DNA from: Paramecium tetraurelia
Taxonomy: Eukaryota
Length of the DNA: 64,000 bases
Assembly (NCBI GenBank): GCA_000165425.1
Contig: CT868662.1
Location: 186,001-250,000 of the forward strand
Reading direction: 5' to 3'
Each line of letters opens with the position of its first letter. Within the stretch, counting starts at the first letter, position 1. Under the pieces are notes generated by a model. The model saw only the letters and a program-made list of their open reading frames with translations. It made no database searches and was not told the DNA's origin. Made by a program: the position numbers and the translations under genes. This document shows positions 37,564 to 49,181 of this stretch, one piece after another.

Positions 37564-39346
37564 TCAATCCATACTAATGATAGTCTCGCAACTGTCTTCA
37601 TCTTAAGATTAATTAAACTCATATTAAAATTGCTTTTAAAGGACTTGCTGACTTTTTTCTTATTGGATAAGCATTTTATTAATATTTGACATCCTATTTT
37701 TGACACTCTAAGCCAAATCATAAATTCTATTGAACTTTTTGTTCTCAATTTGAACGTATTAGTTTTGATATAACTCTTTAATGGCTTTATCATAAGTATC
37801 AACCAAAGGACGATGAGTTTTGGCGTAATCAAGAGGTAATTTAGATGTGTTTTTTGGTTGTTCTCCCTAACTCTATGCCAATCTAAAGGGAGATGTTTAA
37901 GATACACTTCCTTAACTGCCTGATCTCATCAACTGACTTTTAATGACACTCTAAGTAGATTGGAGCATATTAAAGAATTGTTGGGGACTTCCGCATAATT
38001 CAGGGGATTCCCTGAGATCAACAGACTTTTTATCATGACTTTTGTTGTGTTGAATAGTATTCTAAGAGTGAGAGCTTTTATCATTGACTTTAATTCTGAT
38101 ATCAATATCTAAGAATTGGAAATAAAAAGAATACTTGAATCTCCTCGTTGGGTTTTACTTCCATTATTGCTTCTTTGTGCTAAGTAACTTTTATAGATTT
38201 CATTGTGTGTTTTATTCAACTTTTCAATAATTTCAATGTGTTAGGTTGGTCTCTTTTTTAATGCTTTGTTAAGTTACTAATTAACACTAGAAGTGTGAGA
38301 ACTTAGAGGCATATCTCTGGTTTTGTCTCTCTAAGTTATAGATTTCTAATGCAAGAGATCTTTGACATTGATTTGCACTTGTATTTTCTTCTAATCACTA
38401 AAGTAATTATTGATTTCAATTTTCTTTTCATTATGTTCAATTTTATTCTGCCATTTTGGTTATTGATAATCACCAATTTCATTACCTATCTTTTTATATT
38501 ATTAAATTTACCTTTTTCTTGATTTTCTAACTCAATAGACGAAAACTTTATTAATTTTATTTTTCATTATCCTTAGAATACTACTCCAAGATTTTATTGA
38601 TTCGATCTGATTTTAGATGTGATCGACTAGAATATAGATTCCCTTTATTATTTTTGGCTACATTTTCAACCTCTAAATTTTGAATTTTTGATTTGGTTAA
38701 AATGTAATAAGGTGATTTAGTGTTTGATTGCAAAATGTCAATCACTTTTTTCCAAGCTTAGAGGGCATTGCTTGATTATCCCAATTCATAAAATGTCAAT
38801 CCGCTATAAAAGAGCAAAATGGCCTCCAAAGATTGTAAGGTCATAATGGAGGAATGATCTCCCAAGAATAATCTAATTTTGGGATTGAGTTGTTGATCTT
38901 GCAATTAATTCAATTCAGTAAAGCTTTATTCTATGTATCTGCTAGCTTCTGAGTATTTTTCATTTTTGATAAAGAGAATAACTAAGTTAATTAAGGTGAT
39001 TAGCAAGGTTTCATCTGGAATGGATAATTGTAAGTATTCAATTGATTACTTGAGATATTTCTCGGCTGCTTGAAATTTGTCAACCCTGATGCTAAATTGA
39101 ATGAAATTTACATATAATAAAAACAACCAATATTGTTGGTTACCACAGAGAGAAGATGATTAATTTATGATAATGGAATAGTAGGAGCTTCCTTTTCTTG
39201 CTTCAGAGTAGTTTCAATTCTCCTCAATATTTAATATCCTTAATTGTATTTTTCTATTTTTGATTTTATTCTTGTTTACCTTCTTGCAACAATTACGTAG
39301 CTGAAATGTTCGCATCCATAATACTTTGATAAGCCTTTTGAGACAT
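37564..39346 (-). CDS. Hypothetical protein with TPR-like N-terminus
   Basis: MSQKAYQSIMDANISATQLLQE with a 26-nt intron, then TPR-like LLSVVTNNIGCFYY and a low-complexity C-terminus ending at TGA 37564. Confidence 0.7.
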
Positions 39347-39447
39347 TTCCACTCTAAGCAATTTTTGAAAATTAAACAATTAATTATGTATAATTTAGAT
39401 ATCTAATGTAATATTATTATTAGCTTCTACACACACAAATTTAATAA

Positions 39448-40356
39448 TCAACCTTTCGATTTCTTGTCTTCTGCTAATTATTTGAAAACCCCGAATAAAA
39501 TCAAACTTCCTCCAATCATACCATTCAAACTTAGTATCTTATTGAAGATTACATAATCTATTATGATAATGTACAGAGTCTGTGAGTAAGTATAATTGCA
39601 TAGCTTATCATACGTAACCAATGTTTGGGCTCTAAATTAAATGAGCTATCCCAACATAGTGAATATAGAGAATCCAGCTATGTATTTATAATAACCATCG
39701 AAATACTCGAATCTGCCAATGTATTGTTATTGTAGACTTGAAGTGAAAATGATCATTATATGAAAATATGAGGTAGTGATCGTGGAAGGCACTTCTGGAC
39801 CAATCTTTTTCATTATGATGAATCCAAGTGATTGTATTACGCTACAAATCAATATACAGAGACAACCAACTATGTGCATTACAGGATCATCAACTGTGAG
39901 TGTCGGGTTAACAACTAACACTATTCCGATAATACAGATAATAGAATTTAATAATCTAGATTTTGTTATTCTTTCTCTATTCATTAAACTGACCATCAAT
40001 TGACTCCATATTGAATTTGTAGCAAATAGAATAGCTCCCTCTGATAGAGAGATGAAATTTATTCCATAAAAGTAAAATAATGATCCAAAAGCCCCTAATG
40101 TCTATGATTATACCATATATCGAGTTCTATTCTTTGGATAATAGTTTTCCTTGTATTGGAATATAAATATAAAGATTAGGGAAAAAAAGGATCGCAAAAA
40201 TAAGCTTTATGGCACAACAGTAAAATGAGCTGATTTGTAAAATGTTATCTAGACAGCATGAAAAAAGTAAGCAACCAAAATATACCCTATTGCTACATGC
40301 AACGAGTTTTTGGCTTCAAGGCTTTTTAAGTATCCAAATATACCGGATAAGCCCAT
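39448..40356 (-). CDS. EamA/DMT-superfamily transporter (SLC35G-like)
   Basis: About 10 hydrophobic helices, with motifs LRSFFSL, LGAFGSLFYFYGINFISLSEGAILFATNSIW, LMNRERIT and GGSLIL. Confidence 0.85.
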
Positions 40357-40407
40357 CTATCACTTTTAATTAAATTTATTTCTGAATTTAATTACATTCC
40401 CTAAATT

Positions 40408-40431
40408 TAAGATAAGCAGCTGCTTATCTTA
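40408..40431. repeat. Perfect 24-bp palindrome TAAGATAAGCAGCTGCTTATCTTA
   Basis: The sequence equals its own reverse complement and lies about 50 nt upstream of the EamA gene ATG. Confidence 0.9.
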
Positions 40432-41939
40432 TTTTTGAAAAGCAAACGTTATTTTATCTCATCCATTTCAGACTATATTTTTACATTCTTGTATATATAT
40501 AAATTTATCATCAAATAATAATATTTAAATCTCTTTATAATCTTTGAATACTTAAGCTCTAACTTCAGTATCACTCAGAATTTGTAGATTGAGACTTATT
40601 CACCCTTGGAAAATATCAATCTATGTATCGCTTTCATGGAATTCTATGTAATTCTTATTAAATTAAGCATATAAATTTCTATTAAACTTATAATTATATT
40701 CTTACTAGTTAATTCCTTAAGATTTGCTTAAAATTTGTTATAGAGCCTGGATTCTTAATACTACAATATTAAAAGTCCACTTTTTGAGTGAGCTAAAATA
40801 AAAGTTTATAAAAAAGAGTTTATATAATCAATATCAAATAATTTAGAATGCAAATAATTATATAAAATATTCTCGCTTATAATTAATTTTTTTAGAATGT
40901 TTATGAATAAAAACAATTGTTAAAATGTTCTAAATGCTTACATAAGATAGCTGAGTCAATTACAAATTTATACGATTTTATGCTGATAAGAATTATAAAT
41001 AATACAAGAATAGATACCTCAAATTTTTGAATGAGAATATAACCATATATTAATTAAAAGTTTTACTGACATGGCATCATTAAATCCAATATTTATTAAT
41101 TTGATTAATTAATGTAGTAATATATGATTTACTTGAATATCTAATACCAAAAAGCAATAGGATAAGCTTAAGAAATAATTAGAATTTAGGAAATCATGAT
41201 AAACTTGATATCTAGCTGAATATTTTTATAGTTTATTTGTTATCTATGAAAATAGAGTATTTTAACAAAATATAATTGCTGTATATTTATGATTTAATAT
41301 ATATAATACTGTATTTATTTCAATTCATAAGGAGAGATAATAAAATAGATAATAATAGGATATATAAGACCTCCATTTACTTTATTAAATTGAATATAAG
41401 TGTTTATGAATAAATCAATAAAAATATTCAAATATAATTCTTTATGAGTTTTAGTGGAAGAAACCAATATTTTTCTCAAATTTAATTTAAAATGTCAAAA
41501 GAAGATATCTTTGTATATAATTTTTAGATTTAGATTGGGTTAAAAATCTCGTTTGTAAATTTTAACTTTATACTAGCAAATTCAAAATCATTACAAGAAA
41601 GAAGAATAAAAATAATGAGTAAACTGAGTCGAAACAAAAATGAAATATAAATTAAACAATTAATTAGAGCTTTCTAATAACAAATTGGTATAAACATCGT
41701 TTTGATTCTTAAGCCGTGATTCCATGGGAATAATTTGATTGAGTATAATACAAATTTAATTTTTTTGATTAAATGATGGAACTTAATCAAATCTTGAAGT
41801 GAATTTAAATACTAACTAAGAGTTGGAATTCTAAGTTTAATAGAAGAAATTGCTCAGTTAGATTAAGTTTGTTGTAATGAAAATATCAGTGATTGGCATA
41901 ATTAATTTTAATATAAAATTAAACCTTATAAGATCACAT

Positions 41940-42624
41940 ATGGACCTAAAGTGCAAGGATCAAGGCTAAAAAATAATATTAAAAAAAAAGGCTGGGCTTA
42001 AGTTAAAGAAGGCTCCTCAATTTCCTGGTATGTTGCTTTTTGTTAATTTTAGACAGAGTATTGACAGATGCCCTAGTTACACCATCGACTAATGTGAGAG
42101 AATCTCGAGAAAGCAATCTTCTCTAAGGGTTGGTATCGCCTATTGATGATGAAAAGACCAATCAATTCAACTTCTTCAACTGCAATTCCCAAAAATAATT
42201 AGTTACTGTTAAAAAAGTGGATCCGATTGAGTAGATCAAGAGGATAATCTCCGAAAATGAAAGACTTCGATTGACGATAAATTAAAAGCAGAAAATAATT
42301 GACACGAGGATGAAATAAAGAAAAGAAATCCCAGAACTCTTGTTGTCTCAAAGAAATTCGCGTAGTTTACTGCAACCTCATGAGAAATAGAATACTGCAG
42401 ATGATTATGGATACTTTTTGGATAAGCAGTCAATATCTTAAAATTATAAACGTTCAATGTTGCCTCAGATTGAATCTAAGCAAAGTTCTCCAATAACTCG
42501 AGATGAATGTGCTTTCACATTTGCAAATAATTTCTTTATCAAAGAACAAAAGGTCTCCCCTAAAAAAATCAATATGATGCAAGCTTTTCCTTAATTGCAT
42601 TTGTAGAGAAAATTTTTTACTTGA
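41940..42624 (+). CDS. Hypothetical protein
   Basis: MDLKCKDQGQKIIL..., one tiny intron near 42028-42052, ending RKFFT-TGA. Confidence 0.7.
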
Positions 42625-42650
42625 TTTAAGTATATAAATCATTATTACTA

Positions 42651-43875
42651 TCATTTTTTTGGCTTTAAGAACTCAAGTGCCTCTTAATACAGAGCTTTTC
42701 GCAAGGCTTGTTCCTTAAGTTCAATATCATCGAAAGACCAATCGAAGGATTCCTTGCAAATCTGGGGTGGATGGTCGATGTATTGTTGCTTAAAGTATGG
42801 ATGCTCGATGCACTGTTAGATTGTAAAGCGTTTATTCGGATTGTAGACCTAAGATCAATGAAGGAAGTATACTAACATATGTTCCAACAAATCCAGAGCC
42901 AGAGGAGAGGCGAAGGGAAAAAAGTCTGCCCATTTGATGGCTTCTCTTTCTGGCAATTGCTATAGGAATTCAGTAGACTATTCATCAATTTCATAAGGCA
43001 GATCTTCCTATTTGGGTTTGCCAAGGACTGCCACTATTTTTTCAATTTATTCTTAATGATGCATGCCCTTAAACAAAATAGTTCTGCCTAATAGTTCTCC
43101 CAAAATGCAACCCAAAGACCAGATGTCTATTGCTTTGGTATATTCACTGGAGGACAGCAAAACCTCAGGAGCTCGATACCATCTCTGTACGACATAATCA
43201 GTTTGAATTGAAGCATTCTCTAATACTTATTTTCGAGCTAAATTCAAATCCCCTATTTTTATATGGCAATTCGCATTTATAAATATGTTATTGGGTTTGA
43301 GATCTCTATGGATGATGTTGGCTGAATGCATATAATATAAACCACTGATGATCTGATACATGCACCAATTGATCTTCTTATCAGTCAAAGGTTAGGGAGA
43401 TTGAATGACTTTTTCCAAATCCAGGTGCATTAGTTGAAACACCAAATACAAATCCTTGTAGGTGTCCTACTCATCAGGGATAATGATGTCTAGCAATTTA
43501 ACGATGTTGGGATTATCGAAGAACTCTACTTTTAAATGCTAATAATACTCAATAGTTTTATTTCTCTTAGCACCTTTTTTGCATCCAGCAAATCTCTGAA
43601 AACCATTGCAATCTAGAGATAATTGATGATCATACTTTCTTGATGGCGACGTCTATGTTATTCAATTTGTCCTTCCCTGAACAAACAAAGCCAAAGGCTC
43701 CATTTCCAATATTACGCTATAACTCATAATGAGTGTAAATTTCAAATGTGCCTCCACCACATTGGACTTTGTGTTTCAAAGGGATGGCCAGTCTAATCTG
43801 AGGGGGTAACTTTTAAATTGTGGTTTCCTCGTTCTCAGCAATTTTCTTGAGAATAATGTCCTTCTTTTAATCCAT
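42651..43875 (-). CDS. Mitogen-activated protein kinase (TDY activation motif, atypical DLN)
   Basis: [50 protein letters not shown] and DIWSLGCI, with three tiny introns. Confidence 0.92.
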
Positions 43876-43888
43876 TATTATTTTATTA

Positions 43889-46206
43889 ATGAATAATTAA
43901 CAAATAATTTCAAATAACTCCAAGTAAGAACAACAGCCGGAAGAGGAATCTTATGATGAAGAAGACGACGATGACTTGTAAGAGTACACGCAATCGACTA
44001 ATCTAAAATAATTGTTCAAGAATTCGGGTAACTTCAAAAAAACCTAAAATTATTAGATTCTTTCATGCAGCAAATTAACCTCCTAAATGAATAGGCTACT
44101 GCTAAGATTAAGCAATAAAAACATAAAGAAGCATTGAAACTATTGCAACAATCTGAGCAGATGCTCGAAGTATCACTCATTTACATTTTTCTTAGTTTGC
44201 TGCCAGTTGCGGTAGAGTCATCGATAGGAACTTAATCATTATTATCTTGTATAACCAAGCATGTGCTTATCAATGGTATATGGTTATCCTTATTATTACA
44301 GCCAATGGATCCTGGATAAATGCTCTAAGTATCTGGATGGAGTCATCTACAACATGGAAATTGGCATCAAAGAAGATGAGCAGGATTTGCAGACTCTTCC
44401 CAACATGTAAGAGAAACAAGCGCAACTCATCAAGAGATAAGCATTTCTAGTTAAAGCATACCTGTAATACACTGCAATACTGAGTTAATTAGGAAAGTAA
44501 TTTACAATATATACATAGACACAAGTAAGCGTTGCTTAATTCCCAAAAAGCAGCTCAAACCATGAGAGAGTTGTTTAAGGTAGCCAACTCTTTTTGCCAG
44601 TCGTGGCTACAGGTTAACGGCTCTCAGGGGACTGCCACAACATCATAATCTAATGTATCTGTCAGAAGTAAGTTACTGTTCTTATAATCAAGATGAGTCC
44701 TCTCATAATCTGGATAAAAAGAAGAAGAGCTAAACTTATCAACTCAAAGATGAAATCGAATTTGGGAGGGTTGTCATTGATGGTGCCCAAGATGTATTGA
44801 AGGATATGATTAAATAAGAGGATTTGTCCTCTGTTCGTTTAGATCAAAAATAGTTACTCAAAGAAACCAAACGGCAATTATACAATTGGAGAAACAACCC
44901 AGAAAATAATGATAAATCAATCAGAAAAGAGTTAAAGTTAGTGACTCAAAATGAAGAATATAGATCTTTGTTAGGTAATCAAAACTTGGCTGATTGGATT
45001 AAGAACTTTAATATTGGCTCAATTATGCATATGGCTCCTCAAATTTATGAGGAATTCACATAATTTGGGGAAATGATTTTGGAATTAGCTAAGAGGTAAC
45101 TATTGGAAAAAGTCATCTATCTCTCAATATCATATTTCACCATTGCAACTGAATTGAGATTTGTTGAATTAGAAAAAGCCAAATAACATGGTGTCAAAGA
45201 CGATAAAATCAATACTGAAGAGTTTAAACTGAGTGAGCTATACCATCTTAAATCTATAGAAATCGCTTGTAGACATATCTAATATCAATCACCATACATT
45301 TCTCATCTTATTACTAGCTATCATAAACATTATAATATTAATCTTGACGTTATTCGAGAAGAATCTTTACAATCGACAGCATCTGAAAAGATAGTAGAAG
45401 AATAAGAGTAACCTAAAGTTAAAGGGAAGATGTTGCAAATATAAGTTAATAAAGAACTTCCAAATTCAAAATTTGAAAAATAAGATCAATCTCCAAAGCT
45501 CACAGGTAATTTCATTAAATCGTTTCTTAATTCCAGATCACCTCCAAAATAATCTCAAAAATAATCAGTCAAAAATTTAATTAGCGAAACAGTCAAAATT
45601 TAAACCAATCTTTTAGAATAAATGATTAATAAAAAAAGAGGGTCAGACTCATCTCCAACCAATTAAAGGAACTCAATCAAATAATAGAACTAAGCAGATT
45701 TTGATTTCAGTGTCTATTTAAAAAAACAATCTAACCCATGTAACACTAGCAATTTAAACACTGATACTACACAAGACATTGTTAATAGTGCCATGACCAT
45801 TCAATTATAGCCATATAAGAATAACAGTATCAAAAATACTCTAAATAATATGATTAAACAGTCAAGTCCAACTAACAACAATAATACACAGTTAAAGACT
45901 TTTCTTTCAGATGCTTGTAGGACAGAAAGATAAGTAATGACTGAACAATAGAATTCTTACACTCCTATTAGTTATAGAGTTAATAATCGATCTCCTGATT
46001 CATCTTATCTGAATGCCCAAAAATAGCGTTAACAATAACTGCATCATAATAAAACTCCTCAAAATAGACCAAGAACAAATACTGAATAACAATACCTATA
46101 GCCATGTATTTAAATCTAATATATATATATAGCATTTCCATTAAAATTGGAAACAATTCAGCAGCTATTAAGAAATAAAGCAATTAATAATCCGAAAGTA
46201 AAATGA
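43889..46206 (+). CDS. Hypothetical protein with TPR-like helical N-terminal half and low-complexity C-terminus
   Basis: Acidic N-terminus, ILYNQACAYQ, ISYFTIATELRF and SELYHLKSIEIAC, with several tiny introns and TGA at 46204. Confidence 0.75.
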
Positions 46207-47041
46207 AGATTATTCAATTTTTCTTAATTTTATAATCATCTATCATACCTCTCAATGTTAAATATAATTAATAATCAACTTTTTTAAACTATTTAAAGAA
46301 TTTATTAGTTTCATCTAATTTACCCCCCTCCTTGTTAACTGCATGAGCAGCACCAGCTTTTACAGAATTTAAAATTATAATTTTGATCCTTACTCTCATT
46401 CTATCAAGAATTTTTACTTTTTCTTCATTTAAACTAATCTCTTCTTCCTCTATTTTTTAGAATTATCATCTTATTCATTTTTGCTTTTTCTTTTTATTCT
46501 TTTGCATTCTTCTTTCATTTATTCTTATTTTATTATCGTTCTCATTTCAATAATTATTATTCCCTGCTAATCTTGATTAATTCACTCTTCTCCTCAAAAT
46601 AACTGCTTCTTTATCAACAACTTCTATTTGATATTATTATTTTCAATTTTTTTTATTCTTATGGTTTAGGTGGTATTATCCAATAAATCTTTAATTATAT
46701 CATTTCTAATTAGCTGTTTTCCAGTTCAAAGTCTTTGCTATTTTTGTTTAACTTAGTGATTAGAACTAATAAACTTAAAAATTCTATTGTTTCATCAAAA
46801 ATTAAAATACTTTATTTAATGCCTATTTATTTTATAAATATTAATTTGTTAAATTTAAATACTTTTATTTATAATTAGCAAATATGACTAAGAACTGATT
46901 GTTGCTGATGAATTCTTTCAAATTTTTTAAAACATGAAGATGTTAAGGATGAGCTTTGAAAAATGGAAATTTTGTTGCTTAATGTTTATTTGTATAGTGT
47001 TGTAAATTAATAATATTTACTTTTGTAATTTTATTTAATAA

Positions 47042-49165
47042 ATGAGAAAAAATAATAAAGTTTAACCTGCCAACTAAGTATAGGTGGTTGCATAGGGTAC
47101 CATAAGTCCAGAGATCTCATAGAAGGCTCTCACAACAATACCAGATCAATAAGGGAATTAGAAATAATTAGATCCTCGACTTATTGCTGGACCTTTGGCA
47201 GAAAGAGGTTGTACTGATATACTTTGCTTACTACTTTTTATTGCTGGGATGGCTATATTGATGTATTTACCCTATTTAAAGTAGATTCATCTCCAAAGAG
47301 GCTTATTCAAAGGGAGAACCAAAACGACTTCTTGCAATGTACGATCCAAATGGTAAAGAATGTTAAATATTCAATGAAAGGTGTGCCTTGTGGATTCGAC
47401 ACAAATGTGGATTACCCTTATTTGTATTTTGCAATACCTTTTGGAGATTACTTTAATAGAACAGTGTGTGTGAAAGAATGTCCTTTGTATGCAGATGAAA
47501 CTAGCAAGCCAACATCTCTGGATTGTCAACCAAACAATTTGGTTAAGAGTTGTGACTAGAAATGCGATGCTGCTAGTGCACTCAAGACTTTGGCAACGTC
47601 TAATAGCACTGCTATATTCAAAGATTTCGTCTGTATCTTTAATTCATCAATCTGTAAAATGTGATTAAGATGTTTAAGTATTTGATCGAGTTTGTTATCC
47701 AGATGCCTTGTTGGCACTATTTGATAATTACCAAGAGTATGGATCCTAATTTGCCATGGATGTTCTTACCGGTTACATCGAAGATTTAACATAAACAAAG
47801 GAGGCTATTTATTGCTCATTTGCAGTGGCATTCTTAATGGGGTATATAGGTTAAACTATAGCATAGAATAATATATTTGTATTTCACAAGATTGCTAGCT
47901 GGAGTACTGGTTTGGACATCCATATTTCTCTTTTTAGTAGGATTGGGATTTGGAACCTATTGGTGTCATCAACAAGATCTCTATTACTAAGATATTATGA
48001 ATGACACAACTGGCAAGTACACAGTTGAACAAACCAATAAAGCCACAGATAATTAATTAACATTCCAATATTTGACATATGTTATGTATGCTATCTGTGC
48101 CTTTGCTGTTATGGGATTGATCTGCATTTTCAATAAGATAAGATTGGCTATAGCTGTTATTAAGACTGCAGCCATGTGTGTCAAGGATCATTTCCTACTA
48201 ATCTTTGTTCCTTAAATTACAGCTATAGTATTGGCAGGCCTCTGGTTTTGGTGGATCTACACTGCAGCATACGTGTATGCAGTTGGAGATATTAAAGGAA
48301 CAGGCAGCAGTCCATTTGCTGAAGTCACACATACTGAATTGCAAATATAATATATTTGGTATTTCATATTTGGTGGATTATGGATAAATGCATTCATTTA
48401 GGCCATTAATAACTTTGTGATAGCCTCTACTTGTTGTTTTTGGTACTTTGCACAACAAGGTGCTGGAGGTGATGAAAGAGCCATTTCATAATCTCTCTAT
48501 AGAGTCTTCAGATATCATGCAGGTTCCTTAGCATTTGGTTCTTTGATCTTGGCTATTGTATAACTCATCAGAATCATGTTGGAATATATTAGATATCAAA
48601 CTGAGAAAGTGGCTGGTTCTGAAAATAAAGCAGTCAAATGTTTATTAAGATGTTTGAGTTGCTGCATGGCATGTTTTGAAAGGTTCATTAGATTTTTGAA
48701 TAATAATGCCTACATTATGATTGCTCTAACTGGTAAAAACTTTTGTTCTGCTGCTAAAGCTGCCTTTGAAACTATATGGGCTAATAGTATGAGATTTTCT
48801 TTAGTTAATGGTATTGGAGGGGCATTCATTTTTGTTGGTAAATTCTGCATCTCAATTGTCACTTTAATGATCTTTTATTATGTAATTACAACTATGGATT
48901 ACTTTAAAGAAAAGATTTTCTCTCCAGTTTTCCCCTGCATTGTAATAATATTAATAAAATTACTTAGGTTGTTTTCATCATTGCTTATGCATTAGCTGTG
49001 CTTTTCATGTCAATATATGGGATGGCATGTGATGCAGTGCTATTATGTTTTATTTTTGATGAAGATTTAAATAAATAAAATGGTGGCCAAAGTGCTTCCA
49101 GATGTCCTGAAACTTTAAAGGAATTTCTTGAACAACCAGAGATGGCAAATCTAAAATAAGCATGA
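47042..49165 (+). CDS. Choline transporter-like protein (CTL/SLC44)
   Basis: RGCTDILCLLLF, YDPNG^VPCG, VCVKECP, RVFRYHAGSLAFGSLILA, CFERFIRFLNNNAYIMIALTGKNFCSAAK and FMSIYGMACDAVLLCF. Confidence 0.95.
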
Positions 49166-49181
49166 TTTAATATAATAAATA

